From Vitrella brassicaformis CCMP3155 (Eukaryota > Protista > Chromerida): DNA of 64,000 nucleotides. Under the pieces are notes generated by a model that did not search any database, was not told the DNA's origin, and saw only the letters and a list, made by a program, of their open reading frames with translations. The stretch covers positions 62,001 through 126,000 of the forward strand of contig CDMY01000268.1 in assembly GCA_001179505.1 (NCBI GenBank), given 5' to 3'. The translations under genes were made by a program, and so were the position numbers. Below are positions 41,760-54,689 of this stretch, one piece after another (within the stretch, counting starts at the first letter, position 1; each line of letters begins with the position of its first letter).

Positions 41760-43088
41760 ATGGGTCTCTTACCACAGCGGTGCCGCTTAACGAGCGTCCT
41801 TCTCTCTGCGGCCGTTGCAGTGCTCGTCACTGTCATGTGGTCGTCCTTCGCCCGAGCACTGCCGCGGCTCAGTGCATCGTTTCCTCGCCACTCATGTGCC
41901 ATCGGCCCAGCAGTGCTTGCCGGCCACATCAGCAGCACCAACCAGCACCAGCCCAAACTATCTGCCGCATTCACTGAAGAGGACCGTCACGCCGATGGCG
42001 CCCAGAGGCCGGCCAGTGAGGTGAGAGCCATCGACCAGGTCGGCCGTGTGTGCGACGCCTACCTGCACGACAAGGGAGAGACCCCGCTGAGCCTCACGGT
42101 GGTTGCGGCCGCATACACCGTCCTGATGCCGTTGCTGTTGTCGGCGGCTGAGGGCACTGAGGGGTGTGAGGTGACTGTGGACGCCCACCCCATCGGCTTC
42201 TACAGAGTGGACGTCAGGGGCACTGAGAAACACAACCACAAGAACCGCATACACGTGGCCGTCACAGGTCAGTCAGTCGACGCCACTCGTGTGTGTGTGT
42301 GTGAGCCTCGTTGATTTGTCTGATGGGTGCAGGTCATTTGAAGGATGAGTTTGTGCACGAGCATCGCGAGAACTCGGCCTCGTTCAACGTGGGCGGCGGC
42401 TACACCAACTGATTCTACACGGCCAAGCTGCCAGGCGCCACAATGGGCGGCGCCTTCTTCCCGACTGCACACGCGGCCAATGGCGGCGCCAAGAGGTTCC
42501 TGCGCTGATTCCGTCGCGGCTTCACTGAGGACGGCAGCCACGAGAACATCGACCTGGGCATCGCTGAGCTGTCTGCCGTGATGGGGTTCTCATACGGCGG
42601 GGCGGCGGGTATGACTTCTACTACATGGAAAAGGACAAACTGCACCGCCTCGACAACTACGGTGAGTGAGCCAGCAACTGTGATGACCATTGATTGAGAC
42701 ATCTCGATGTCTCATTGCCGTCAGATGCGCTTCACACGGTGTCCAACCACACGAGAGGCTTCTCTGACAAAGGCCGCAGCACGGTGCAGTTCCCCATCGA
42801 CGACATGGCCCCCGACCTGGTCAGCCAACACACGGCCACACACACGAAAGTGACACACAGCAGTGTGTGGATGTCCCTCTCTGTATGTGTGTGTGGTGTC
42901 AGGATGGCCATCGTGTGCCGAGTGCCGAGGAGACTGCTTTGGTCAAGGAGCGGCTGCGTCAGGTGGCGCCCAGGAGCGCCGATATCTTCGAGAGCTTTGG
43001 GGGCGACTACGCCGCCATGACCAAGATGCCCATCGATGAGGGCTGCAGACACATCATAGCGGTGGTCGAGGAACGCCTCACCAAGTGA
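41760..43088 (+). pseudogene. Degenerate gene for an uncharacterised protein with N-terminal signal/anchor
   Basis: Four exons with GT-AG introns. Exon 2 has in-frame TGA at 42410-42412 and 42506-42508 and an apparent 1-nt frameshift near 42600 (GGGG..YDFYYMEKDKL resumes in another frame). It ends EERLTK* at 43088. Family not recognised. Confidence 0.6.
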
Positions 43089-43954
43089 GAAGGAAACACC
43101 GACCAATGACTCTCTGACACGCACACAGAATGAATGTGTGTGTGCAGGGTGCCAATGGAGTGGCTGACGCCCGACGGCAGCGTCCAGGCCGGCCGCCTGC
43201 CGACGACAGTGTCCATGTTCTAGCGGCCGCTACTCACACACATAGACACTGTTTTTTGTGAGACTCTCTTGACTCGTTTTTTCGATCTCGTCCGGTGGAT
43301 ACAGAAAAGCCCACTGCCTTCGGCCGTGGGCTTTTCATTCTGCGCGTATATGAGCTGCTGAGCTCGAGCGACACAGCAAGCTGAGAACGGCTGTCCGGCG
43401 GCCATGTTATGTACATATTTGCGAATTTTTCCAAGGGGATTTGAGGGCTTATAGAGGCCAGCAAAACATGCACGCAGAGTGACAAAATGACCTCCCGCAT
43501 GTCATTGAATGCAGCTGTCATTGAGTGCATGTGTATGGATGTCGATCACACATGTCCGTACAAAATAAAGCAATGGTGGGATACACAATCAGTCATTGAG
43601 TGTCTGATTCTGTGTCTCTCTCTTCACTGAGACATTCGCATGACTTTGTTCGACCAAAACAGACGAGAAACAGACAAAAAACTGTTGGCACAAAAGTTTG
43701 ATAGGCGACAACACACACAGACATTAATACATAGACACACACAGACCGACACACAGTCGACTGCCGCATGGATGAGTGAATGCACGTTCTGCCGGAAGTC
43801 GACGAATCAGTTGTATGGCGAACACGGCCGCTGCATACAACAAAGCAGGAATGTCCATCACACTCAACCTGCACAAACGCACACACACGCACACATGCAC
43901 ACACATGTTTGGAGACACCAACATCGACAAACGGGCGTGGTGATTCTCTTGGTC

Positions 43955-44426
43955 TTATTCACTGAGAACTGAGATGAGCCTCTGAGTTGACCAAGTCCGT
44001 AAAGCTCTTGACATTCTCGTGTGGGTGGGAAGCCGCACTCGGTGCTTGAGGCGGGTGGGGCAGCGCTGCGCGACACGCCAAAGCAGATGCTCCAGCAGAC
44101 GCATGCAGGCGTGCAGGGCACAGATGCCTCGTCCATGACGAAAGCTGCCCGCCCGCCGCCGCTGGAGGGCCGGTGGGCACACGGCAAGTGAGGTCGCCGA
44201 CCTTGATCATGGGCACTGCGTCCTCAGTCGCCGGGGCGCTTGCGACAGCTCGTTGGTCGAGGAAGTCGACAAAGCAGTCGTAGGCAAGAGGAGGCTGATG
44301 TCTGCAGCTGTTGCCGCACGAGCACCCTCGCGTCGTGTGCGGGGCAGGACGCCGTGTGGCTTGAGCTGCAGCAGCTTGACCAGGTCCGACACGACAGCAG
44401 ACGACTGCCCGTCACAGCCAACCTGC

Positions 44427-44460
<34 letters not shown>

Positions 44461-45239
44461 CACAATTCCATCCATCCATCCACCCATCTGTCCATCCATC
44501 ACTGCTTGCAGTGTGTGCCATAATGTCTCCTTCACTCACGGCTTTTGTGTCGGGGCGGGGCTGATTGCCATAGACCTTGGTATGAGCGATGCGAGCACGT
44601 AGGTCGAGCTCTCGCTCCTGCTTTTGCAGTGCGATGGCTCGCCCGGTGGGGTGGGCGGCTTCGGCGGCACCTCTTCCTCCTCTTCTATCTCGTCGACGGG
44701 CCCGTCGTGCATATCCTCGTCCACCTCATCGTCCCATCCCCTGCCCTCTCCCCCCAGACTGCCTCGTCCCCGCTTCTTGGCCGTGCCGACCTCAGCATCG
44801 CCGTCCTCTCCCCCCTCCATCTCGTCCAGGTCGGCGTGGCGGTTGGCCTCCTGCCCGTCGTCCAGCTGGTCCATCAGGGCGTCGTCCTCCGCCCCTTCGC
44901 CAGCATGCTGATGGACGTCAGGCTCCGAATGACGGTCGGACTCGTCATCTGAACGGTGAAAGAGGTGCAGTGAGTGATTGAGTGAATGAAGTCGCAGTGC
45001 AAGAGTGAAATGACTGACAATCATTGCTTACCGTGCGACTCCGCCTTCAGGCGCTTGTTCGCGCCTGAGTGAGAGGCAGACACATGGACAAGTGAATGAA
45101 TGGTGTCGTTGAACAGTGCTGCTTCTCTCTCTTGGTTTCTCTGCTCACCGGTTGTCAATGAGCGGCTGCGCTTTTTGGGTGGCTGATAGGCAGATGTGAA
45201 AGGCTTTCCTCTGAGGCCTTTCCTCTTCTTTGGACCCAT
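43955..45239 (-). pseudogene. Degenerate multi-frameshifted gene, basic N-terminus and acidic region; possible DNA-transposon remnant
   Basis: MGPKKRKGLRGKPF NLS-like start, GT-AG intron, D/E-rich exon. Protein-like sequence then switches frame repeatedly (RAIALQKQERELDLRARIAHTK; AYDCFVDFLDQR; GICALHACMRLLEHLL). Confidence 0.35.
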
Positions 45240-45414
45240 GGTGGCTTAGAATACACAGAGAACGCCTTAGAAGGATACCAACGCTCTTTATTGCTCCTGT
45301 CCTGCAGCTGCTTGCTGTAAATGCATGCGTCAGGGTGGGGGTGGGGGGCGCCTCTGCAAGCTCCGTCTCAAGTGGATGCTTTTCCGCCATCGCCTCTGAT
45401 GGATCTCTTCCATA

Positions 45415-46040
45415 CATACACGTATACATGACATGGCCGTCGAAAAATGCTAACAACTCAACGGCCTGTGGGTCCCAGGCCACGATTCTCGGTGAGCAGA
45501 CGCTTCACTCACTTCCCCACATATATAGCGTGGGGATTCCCGAGAAATGCCTTCTGTGTGGACTTCTCCTTAGGTCGACGTGACGATCTATGTGTCCATC
45601 GACACAAAAGCGCTGTGTCCTCGGCTGCTTCTTGGCCAATCGGCCTGAAACTCGGCATAGGAAGGCCCCTGAGGGTGCCTGACAACCGACAGAACTCGGA
45701 TTTTGGCGATGGGTGTTGTGTGTGGAGAAGCTGGTGGGTCGATATATACGTACACATGACATGGCCGTCGAAAAATGCTAACAACTCGATGGTTTGTGGG
45801 TCCCAGGCCACCATTCTCGGTGAGCAGACGCTTCACTCACTTCCCCACATATATAGCGTGGGGATTTCCGAGAAATGCCCTCTGTGTGGACTTTCCCTTA
45901 GGTCGACGTGACGTTCCGTGTGTCCATCGGCACCAAATCGCTAACAACTCATCGGCTTCTTGGCCAATCGGCCTGAAACTCGGCATGTGAGGTCCTCTCA
46001 CCAAGACGGAAATTTATAGCGTGGGGATTTCCGAGATATG
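45415..46040. repeat. Direct repeat of a ~245-bp unit with 328-bp period plus partial third copy
   Basis: CATGACATGGCCGTCGAAAAATGCTAACAACTC at 45427 and 45755; shared end AAACTCGGCAT at 45658 and 45986. The core TATAGCGTGGGGATT(T/C)CCGAGA occurs three times, the third near 46015. Confidence 0.9.
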
Positions 46041-46560
46041 GTCTGTGTGTGGCTGGAGGGCCTCACGCCATACAAATATGTAACCGACGTGTACAAGGTG
46101 GCCGTTGAACAGAGCCTCTCAGTTTGAAGTCGAGTGAGACAGTGAGGCTGTCGTTTCCTTCTGCCTGTCGATGGTGTTTTGTAGTACTTCCGAGCTGTTT
46201 GCAGTGTTTTTTCATCATAGCTGAAGACACACAGCGATGCGACAGAATGAGATGTTACAGATGCCCGGCAGAGACGGCCAATCGCTTTATTGTCGAGTGA
46301 GGTGTTCGCTGTGTGTGTGGCGATGTGATGGTGACGCGCAGATATGGAGAATGGTGACGTTGCTTTGCTGTGAATGTCCTGACTGATGCCGGTGTGTGAT
46401 AGTGCTGGCTGCATTCACTGCAGGTTGCATTTGAGGATCAGATACTGCAGTGTCACGTCTGTGTTGTCCATCCAATCGTGTGCGCGGGGAACCCTGACTG
46501 ACCCACACATCCATCGATCCCACTGTCTGACTCTCTATCTCTCTGTCTGTGTGTGTGTAG

Positions 46561-47618
46561 GTTGTTCCGTCAGCGTGACGGCTGTGAGCTGATGGGAAGG
46601 GTCATCATTACGGGTGACGATGAGGACCCCGGCGTGGCCGGTATGCGCCTGGGCACACACACACAACACCCACGGCACACGATTGAATGTGTTGTGTGTG
46701 CGCCGTGTGTGTCTGTGTGTCAGTGTTCGGCTTCAGCGAGCTGCACTCGACCAAGCCCCCATTCCTCTCATTCAAGGCACCACCACCACCAGCAGCCCCA
46801 CCACAGCCGGCAACGGTCAATGTCGATGTCAATGTGACCATGACGCCATCTCCCGCTCCCTCCCCTGCTGCTGTGGCTGGTGCTGCGACAGTGGCTGGCC
46901 CGGCCCCCATCCAGCAGCAGCAGCAGCAGCACACGAGTGGAGAGGACAAGAGCTCGGTGGGGGACTCCCTTCTGATGACACCTGCTGCTGCCAAGACCGA
47001 TGAACATTCGCCCCCTGGGCCGCTCCGCCTCCCCGACAACGGGCGAGAGAGAGACCGGCCAGTGTCGACTATGATGCAGCCAACTGTACCTTTATCGTCA
47101 TCCCCTGTGCGCCAACAACGGCCGCTGCAGCTGTCAGCCAGCGATCTCTCTGTGCCGCTGTTCGGTCGACGTGGCCTCTTCTTGGAGACAGGGAGGGAGA
47201 GCTCATCGGGGGAGGTTGAGGGCTCCATATGGTATGAGGCGCGCTTCCGTGCTCGGGCCGACAGGATGCCCGGCCGTCGTCGGGCTATGTCGCTGCTCAC
47301 CTACCAAACCAAGACATCCAGAAGTTCCCGAAGTGAGCACTCACCCTCTACACACAAACACACACACACGGATGGTTACATTGTAGCATCTCTCCCCCTC
47401 TCTCTCTCTGTGTGTGCGATGTGTGTGCAGCGGTCCGGAGTGGGAGCCGCGTGACGGTGCTGCCGACGATCTTCGAGCGGGAGACTTCCGGCCGGGCGGA
47501 TGGCACTAGTGAGCCCGCGGCAGCACCACCAAGTGACGACACATGCGGCAATGGGGACGATACGCAGCAACAGCACAAAGCCGAAGACAGCACTGAGGTT
47601 TTCTTTGATGTCACATGA
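46561..47618 (+). CDS. Uncharacterised low-complexity (P/A/Q/S-rich) protein, paralog 1; 5' end undefined
   Basis: Exons RLFRQRDGCELMGR..., TKPPFLSFK...WYEARFRARADRMPGRRRAMSLLTYQTKTSRSSR and ...EDSTEVFFDVT*. The reading frame is conserved with the paralog at 53.4-54.7 kb. Confidence 0.6.
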
Positions 47619-48988
47619 TGGTGGATGGATGAGACGAGGGCTCTTTCTTGCGTGCATGGGTGGCGGATGAGCGTGTGTGGGTGTGGGTGAGTGGGTCAGG
47701 TGGTGCGGCTTATCCACGTCATTCACCCATGGTATGACGTGTCTGACGAGTCTTTTTGGATGCGGCCAGCCATTCATTCACCGGTCCAATGGATTGCTTC
47801 GATGAGTCACTTACTTGTGTGTCCTCAAACGTCCCCAGGTCACATCGGATGACTACGCATACACGGACACGGACACGCACACACACACACACACACACAC
47901 GTGTGCATAAAAAGCCATTTGGATGTCATCTGATGGACGTCTCTCTCACACCGTCTGTCTATCTGCCTGTCTGCCTGCACCTATGTGGCGTGGTGTGTCC
48001 GCATATCGGATGAGAGCCAAACGGCGGCTTGTATGGTTCATGCGCACGGCACATGGCCGGCCAGCAGACATAGACATCTCTAAAGCGTGTCGACTATCGC
48101 ACAGGGGATAAGGTAACAAAAGCAAAGCGACGCCGCTGTCATGATGAGTCAATCACGGAAATCGACACCATTCTAGCTTTGTGTGCTCACACCGCACACA
48201 GAACGAAAACGCTCCACGACAAAAAACCAATTGCTTCTCTCTGCCGGGCAGCTACATGCTCATCCAGGTCATCCATGGCATCTATGGAAAAATGCTGCCG
48301 TTGTTGTCTGCGCGTACGCGTCGCCATCACTTGTCACACACAAACACGCCCACACGACAAGAAAGTCACCAATCGTCTCTGCCGGCAGCTACAACCTGCC
48401 AACAGCACTGAAGCACTATACAACACCACACACAGACAGAGGGACAGGAAAGCCCACACTCAGCAATGATTTCGTGCAGAATAAAGGAAGGAAGAAAGAG
48501 GGCATTTGAGCCTCATACGAACGTGGAAGACACAATCAGACGAGACACGCTCGGGCAGGCTGTCAACTGACATTCACTCTACCGCACAAAGCAACCAGCT
48601 ACGGATCTCTGACACGGGCACACACACGACACATGGACACCGAAGCCGACCAGAGGTATGCCTCATGTTTCCCTCAGTCACGATATTGAAAAAGAGAAGC
48701 AAGATTCATGAAGACAATGGCGTGAATTGATCCGCTGCGATTGGCCCACTCGTCGTCAATCATTGTCAGTGGGTTCAGAAATTGAGGCACTCGCAAGTGC
48801 GTCGCATCAGTGAGAGAAAGTGTGGCCCCTACCGGCAGGAAGAGGCGGATGGCTCAAGCAGACCCACACCATGTGGCTGTCATATGATGGACGGCTGCTC
48901 TGCGGACACACCACACCACGAAGGGGAAAAAAGCATAAAGCTGGATAATAATAATAATAATAATAGTAAAAGCACCACACATTCATGC

Positions 48989-51900
48989 TCACACCAATGT
49001 CAGCACCTCCACTTCATCAGCCATAAACTCCTCACTGCCCCCAAAGAGAGCATAGCCATAGTCATTCCTCACCCCCACATAGCCATCAGGCACAACCCAG
49101 TTGAGGATGAGCTGACGGCAGCTGCGCACATCACCAGCAGCGCCACCCTCATAGCCCAAACACAGCCACACACCGATCCACAGCTTCGCCCCATCCACTG
49201 TCCCCTCCCGCCCGGCCACACACACTCTCCATTTGCCCTCCCACACCTTGGTCGGTCCCTTGGCGAAGTGGCCGGCCAGCGAGAAATACCAAACATCACA
49301 CTCGTAGCCGTTCTCGCCTCTCGGGTCGTCGGGCAGCCTGATGCCGGCACTGATGAAGGCACTGAAGACGTACTTGTCCCTTCGGATGACGAACACCAGG
49401 CCGGTCGCATCGCCCACACACCGAAAAAGGTCATCAAATGACGGCCCATCACGCGAAGCCCTGAGGAAGAGAGAAAGAGAAAGAACAGACACACACACGC
49501 GCGCGCAGACAGACAGATTAAAGTGATGGACGAAATCGATGGTACGGCAACCGCACCTGTAGATGAGCTTCAGTCTCCTCGCAGTTGTCGGTCCAACGAA
49601 GCGACAAAGTGCTGCCGACTGAAGGGCATCGAAAGTCGCACCCTCGATCACCTGCAGCGACAAACAACAGGACGTCGATGCCGCTCTCTCTCGCCAATGT
49701 GTGTATGACCTTGAGTGAGAGCAGTGACCGGCCGTGGACACGAATGACCTCCACCTCATCGGCCATGAAGTGCTCACTGCCCCCAAACAGAGCACCGCCA
49801 TCCTCATCCCTCACCCCCACATAGCCATCAGGCACATCATCGATGGGATCATCGCTGGAGATGAACTGACGGCAGCTGCGCATATCATCAGCAACGCCCC
49901 CCTCATCGCCCAACCAGAGCCCCACACCAAGCACACCGATCCACAGCTTCGCCCCACCCACTAATCCCCCCCGCTCGGCCACGAACACTGGCCATTTGCC
50001 TTCCCACAACTTGGTCGGTCCCTTGGCAAAGTGACCGCTCAGAGAAAAAAACCACACGTCACAGCCGTACGTGTTGTAGCCTCTTGCGTCGTCGGGCAGC
50101 TGCAGGCCACCGCTGATGAAGGCGCCGAAGACGTACTTGTCCCTGCGGATGACGAACACCAGGCCACTCGTGTCGCCCACACACCGCAGCAGATCGCCAT
50201 ACTCTGCGCCGTCACGCGAAGCTCTGAGAACATCAGAGGCGACAGAGAACGACACATGATTGATTGCAGTGTCTGTGATGTGGTTTGTGCGTCGCACCTG
50301 TACAGCAGAGTGAATTCACATTCGTCGAACATGGCGAGCGCCAAGACGGAGTGGAGGGCCGCACACTCAGCCTCACTCAGACTGCTGCCAGCGACCACCT
50401 GCACACACAGAGAGGGAGGTGAGGGCAATTGTGATGCTGCAATCACCCCATGGGCATTCTCTCTCTCACCTGAGGGTCGGGCGATTGGTTGTCCCCGTCT
50501 GTCGTGCTGCGACTTGAGAGAGCCGTAATGTCATCTGGCACACCGTCAGACACACTAATCGCATCACCATCGTCCTGACAGCAAGAATGACAACAAGTGA
50601 ATTGCGGCCCTGTTTGTCTGCGTCGCGTCAGTCTGACCTCTGCTATGTCACTGAGGCGATCGTCGGCGGTCATTGTGAATACAGACTTGACCGATGAACG
50701 GGACAGCACCTGCACACACAAACTCACAATGCCTCCCCGTCTGTGTGGGTGCCCATTTCACTGCTTTTCACTGACCACCGACGGCGGGCCTTCTCGGTGG
50801 CTGCGTGTATCAGTCCTGTGGATCTTGTTTGGCGGCCTCTCATTGGTCAGTCGACTCTCTGACGGCGCCATCTGAATGGCAAAATAGACGGGCAGAAGAA
50901 GCTGTCACGTACACAGATGGATGACCGGTCTTGTCTTACTTACGCTTATGGTGTTTCGGTCTGACGTCTGCGATTGCTCGTCGAGGGGCCGATTGCTGGC
51001 AGCAGCATCGTCGTCTGGTGGGCAGGTGGTGGTCTGCAGCCAGCCAAGTCCAGACAGACAAAAGGCCTCAGTTGCTGCTGTGGTGTCAGCGCGCTGAGTG
51101 CATTACCTGTCGGCTGACGCCAGGGATCGGTCCGATGAATCGATCCGCCTCCCGACTTGCAGCAGCAGCAGGAGCTGAGTGTGCTGCCGACTGGTGAGTG
51201 AGGGGCCTGGGTGGGGGATGGGGGTGGGGTGGCTGCATAGCCGACACAGGCGCCTCCTCTGGGGTCTGAAACGAAAAGCAGTCGGGAGAGTGCCTTAAGA
51301 GTGTCTAGTTGCGCCTCACCTCCTGGACAGCCGCGTCGAGCTCGTGCTCGCCCGGCGACTGCACACAAAGACAATCATGATGCTTCGGGACTCGGTCATC
51401 TGATGTACACGCACTCTTTCCCTTCTTACTGTCCTGGCATTGGTGCCGTCAGTGCCTCCTCCTGCTGCTGCTGCAGCGACAGGTGGCTCAGAAGACGGCA
51501 AAGGAATCTGAGGAGGCAGACATGAATCGTCAGAGGGCGAATCTCTCACTGCGGGCACTCTGTCTGTCTACCTGCATATCGTTCGTATCCTCAGCGAGAA
51601 ATGGTGCCGGTGACTCAGACGGCCCGGGAGGATCCTGAAGAGATAGGGGGCACGCAGACAATGAGAAATCGATGAACCCTGGATCTGTGAGAGTGATTTG
51701 CTGTCTGTCCCACCTGCTGGCACCGCTTCCTGAAGGCCTTAATCCACGAGTCGCTCGCCGAGAAGCCAGTGATGCCCAGCCGGATGGCAGTCGCGACCGC
51801 CTTGGTCCTGATGGCCTTCGGGGGGACCTTCGAGGGGTCCTCATGGCCGGCCATCCACTGCCGCATCTCGTCCTCGATCGGCTGGTACTTGGGCTGTCTG

Positions 51901-52910
51901 TTGCGCTTCTTGTTTGAGTCGATGACTTCTACGCCTGCCTCTCTCTGCTTCTTGATGTCAATGCACCACTGCTTAAATCTGGCAGGCGGGATGCCATTCT
52001 CCTTGGCGAACTGAGGCATCGAGATGGCCTCTCCGTCTCGCTGGCGCCTCTCAAACTCACTCACAAGCTGCAGCCGCTCGCCGATTGTCACCTCATCTGC
52101 ATTCTTTCTGCACGCCTGAATGTGAACACACAGACATGGCGGCGACGAGGAGTTGCACGTGTCGGAGAGTGGGTGGATCCTTCTACCTGGGAGTCTGATC
52201 GGTGGCCTGTTCGTCGTGATGTGTCCACAGACGTGGCACGACGACGTGATGATCTGCGCTGCAAAGTGCGGGGTGTGGGGTGATGCTAACAATACACATA
52301 CGAACACTGACAGATAGAGTTGCTGACAAAAGGAGAGTGCATACCTCAGCAGCGGAATGAGTGTGCCGGGTACGCGGCAATGGGTAGAGTGGTGGCCGGC
52401 CCGTCGTCGCCGCGTAGGTGACAACTGAAGACAACACAACCGACCAACGATGAGCTGCAACAGACTGATGATTATGTAGCTTACCGTCGAGCGAGTCCGT
52501 CGGGACTCCCAAACATACCCCCGCAGCCACATCGGCAGCGATCTGCTCGAGAAAAAATTGAGGCCACCCCGGTGGCGGCTGCAGATACACACACACGAGG
52601 ACCGACAGATGTGAGGCAGACAGAGAGCACCATAATGTGCACCTGGAGAGCAGCAGCCGTGTCACCACTCAGCCCAGCACCGAGGGCAGCCTGAGAAACA
52701 ATCGTCACACGCCAATCAAAGTGGTGCCATAAGAATCATTGCACCTTACCTGCGGCTCATCGCCGTCGTGATGCCCTTCCTCGACAGCCCTTGGCCCATC
52801 ACACTGGACAACCAAACGACAAGCAACACACAGAGAGATGATTAGGTGAAAGAGTGATGAGTGGCAAGACAACACGTCACCTGTGTGTGAAGGTTGCCAG
52901 GGTCGCTCAT
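48989..52910 (-). CDS. CENP-B/pogo-type double HTH + linker + 2x TLDc protein (copy 2)
   Basis: HTH exon 51714-52115 (VTIGERLQLVSEF...FSASDSWIKAFRKRCQQ). Phase-0 linker exons are homologous to copy 1, and two TLDc domains end EVLTLV* at 48989. The start 52910 (MSDPGNLHTQ) is tentative. Confidence 0.8.
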
Positions 52911-53310
52911 CGTTTGCGCTCTTTTCCTCGAAGCAATGGGATGCGATCGGCGGGAAGGTGGGAGGCTCAGCTCGCTGACGCCCGATGAAGCTGTGGGCGA
53001 TAGCGTGACTGTCTGTGGCTGTTGTCTTGCCTGCAGGCCTTCTCGTGCGAGCAGACGGCAAGATCTCCCCAATCTGTGTGGACTGGAAGCTTCTACGCGC
53101 TGCTTTGGCTGCGTGGCTGGCGGTGGTTGTTTGTGGGCCGAATGAAGGCGACAGAGAGGTAAGAGGAGGCGGCTGCTTCTCACCTGGTGTTCACTGTCGG
53201 TTAGGCTCGTGGCAGAGTTATGGGACGGTCGCACTGCCATTGGTTTGCCGTGAAGAATGCACCATGACGGTCTCACACACACAGATGACAGAGAGAGAGA
53301 AAGGGATGGG

Positions 53311-53341
<31 letters not shown>

Positions 53342-53354
53342 GGATGTATTGTAG

Positions 53355-54689
53355 ATGTGCGTGATCTGCCCAAGGCGACCGGCGCGCAAAGTCCCATCTC
53401 GCGACCGATCAGGTAAGTGAGTCCATCCATCCTTCCCTCCCTCTCTCTGTCTGTGTATGCAGGTTGTTCCGTCAGCGTGACGGCTGCGAATTGATGGGAC
53501 GAGTCAGCACCCCATTGCCGGCGTGGCCGGTAAGGACCCACTCCCCCTCCCACTAAGCCCCCATTTCTCTCCTTCAAGAGCCTCATCGCCCCGTCGCAGC
53601 CGCCAGCACAGTCATCACAGCAGCACACCGACAACGACAGCGGCAACACAACAACAGCAGAATCAGCACCAGCCCCACCACAGCCGCCACAGCCGGAAAC
53701 GGTCAATGTCGATGTCAATGTCACCATAACGCCCTCCCCGTCCCCTGCTGTCCCTGCTGCTGGTGGTGGTGGTGGTGACGGTGCAGATCCTTATCTCTGT
53801 GAAGACGTCCCAGCGGCAGCACCACCGCCACAGCACCCACAACACGCCCCTGCTGCAAGTGTGACAGCCACAGCAGCAGAGATTGGTGGGCTCGGTGACG
53901 ACGACACGGCATCGCTGACCGACAAGGCCGCCCCTGAGCCTGCCGTCGCTGTGGCTGCTGCAGCTGCTGCTGCGACAGTGGCTGGCCCGGCCCCTATCCA
54001 TCAGCAGCAGCAACAGACGAGTGGAGAGGACAAGAGCTCAGCGGGGGACTCCTTTCTGATGCCGCCTGCTGCTGCAAAGACCGATGACCATTCAGACGAT
54101 GACCATTCGTCCCCTGGGCCCCTCCACATCCCTGACAACGGGCGAGAAAGAGACCGGCCAGTGTCGACTATGATGCAGCCGACTGTACCGTTATCGTCAT
54201 CCCCAGTGCGCCAACAACGGCCACGGCAGCTGTCGGCCAGCGATCTCTCTGTGCCGTTGTTTGGTCGACGTGGCCCCTTGCTGGACGGAGGGAGAGAGAG
54301 CTCATCGGGGGAGGTGGAGGGCTCTTTATGGTATGAGGCACGATTCCGTGCTCGGGCCGACAGGATGCCCGGCCGCCGTCGGGCTATGTCGCTGTTTACC
54401 TACCAAACCAAGACATCAAGGAGCTCCCGAAGTGAGCCCTCACCCCCTACACACACATGGATGGTGATATCATCCCTCTATCTCTCCCTGTGTGTGTGCA
54501 GCGGTCCGGAGTGGCAGCCGCGTGACGGTGCTGCCGACGATCTTCGAGCGGGAGACTTCCGGCCGGGCGGATGGCACTAGTGAGCCCGCGGCAGCACCAC
54601 CCAGTGACGACACATGCGGCAATGGGGACGATACGCAGCAACAGCACAAAGCCGAAGACAGCAATGAGGTTTTCTTTGATGTCACATGA
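53355..54689 (+). CDS. Uncharacterised low-complexity protein, paralog 2; 5' end uncertain
   Basis: Homologous exons to 46561-47618, including WYEARFRARADRMPGRRRAMSLFTYQTK and terminal EDSNEVFFDVT*. A 49-nt intron at 53530-53578 is required to keep the frame. Confidence 0.6.

Noticed and set aside
42410-42508. TGA recoded as Trp or selenocysteine
   Set aside because: The same gene has a frameshift, neighbouring genes use TGA as a normal stop, and spliceosomal introns show it is nuclear. UGA=Trp is known from the Chromera plastid, which does not apply here.
45415-46040. CRISPR-like array
   Set aside because: The repeat unit is ~245 bp with only two full copies in a eukaryotic context, and there are no cas genes.
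48945-48967. (ATA)n tract as a retroposon tail
   Set aside because: It is a simple microsatellite in the 3' flank of a TLDc gene with no associated element or target-site duplication.
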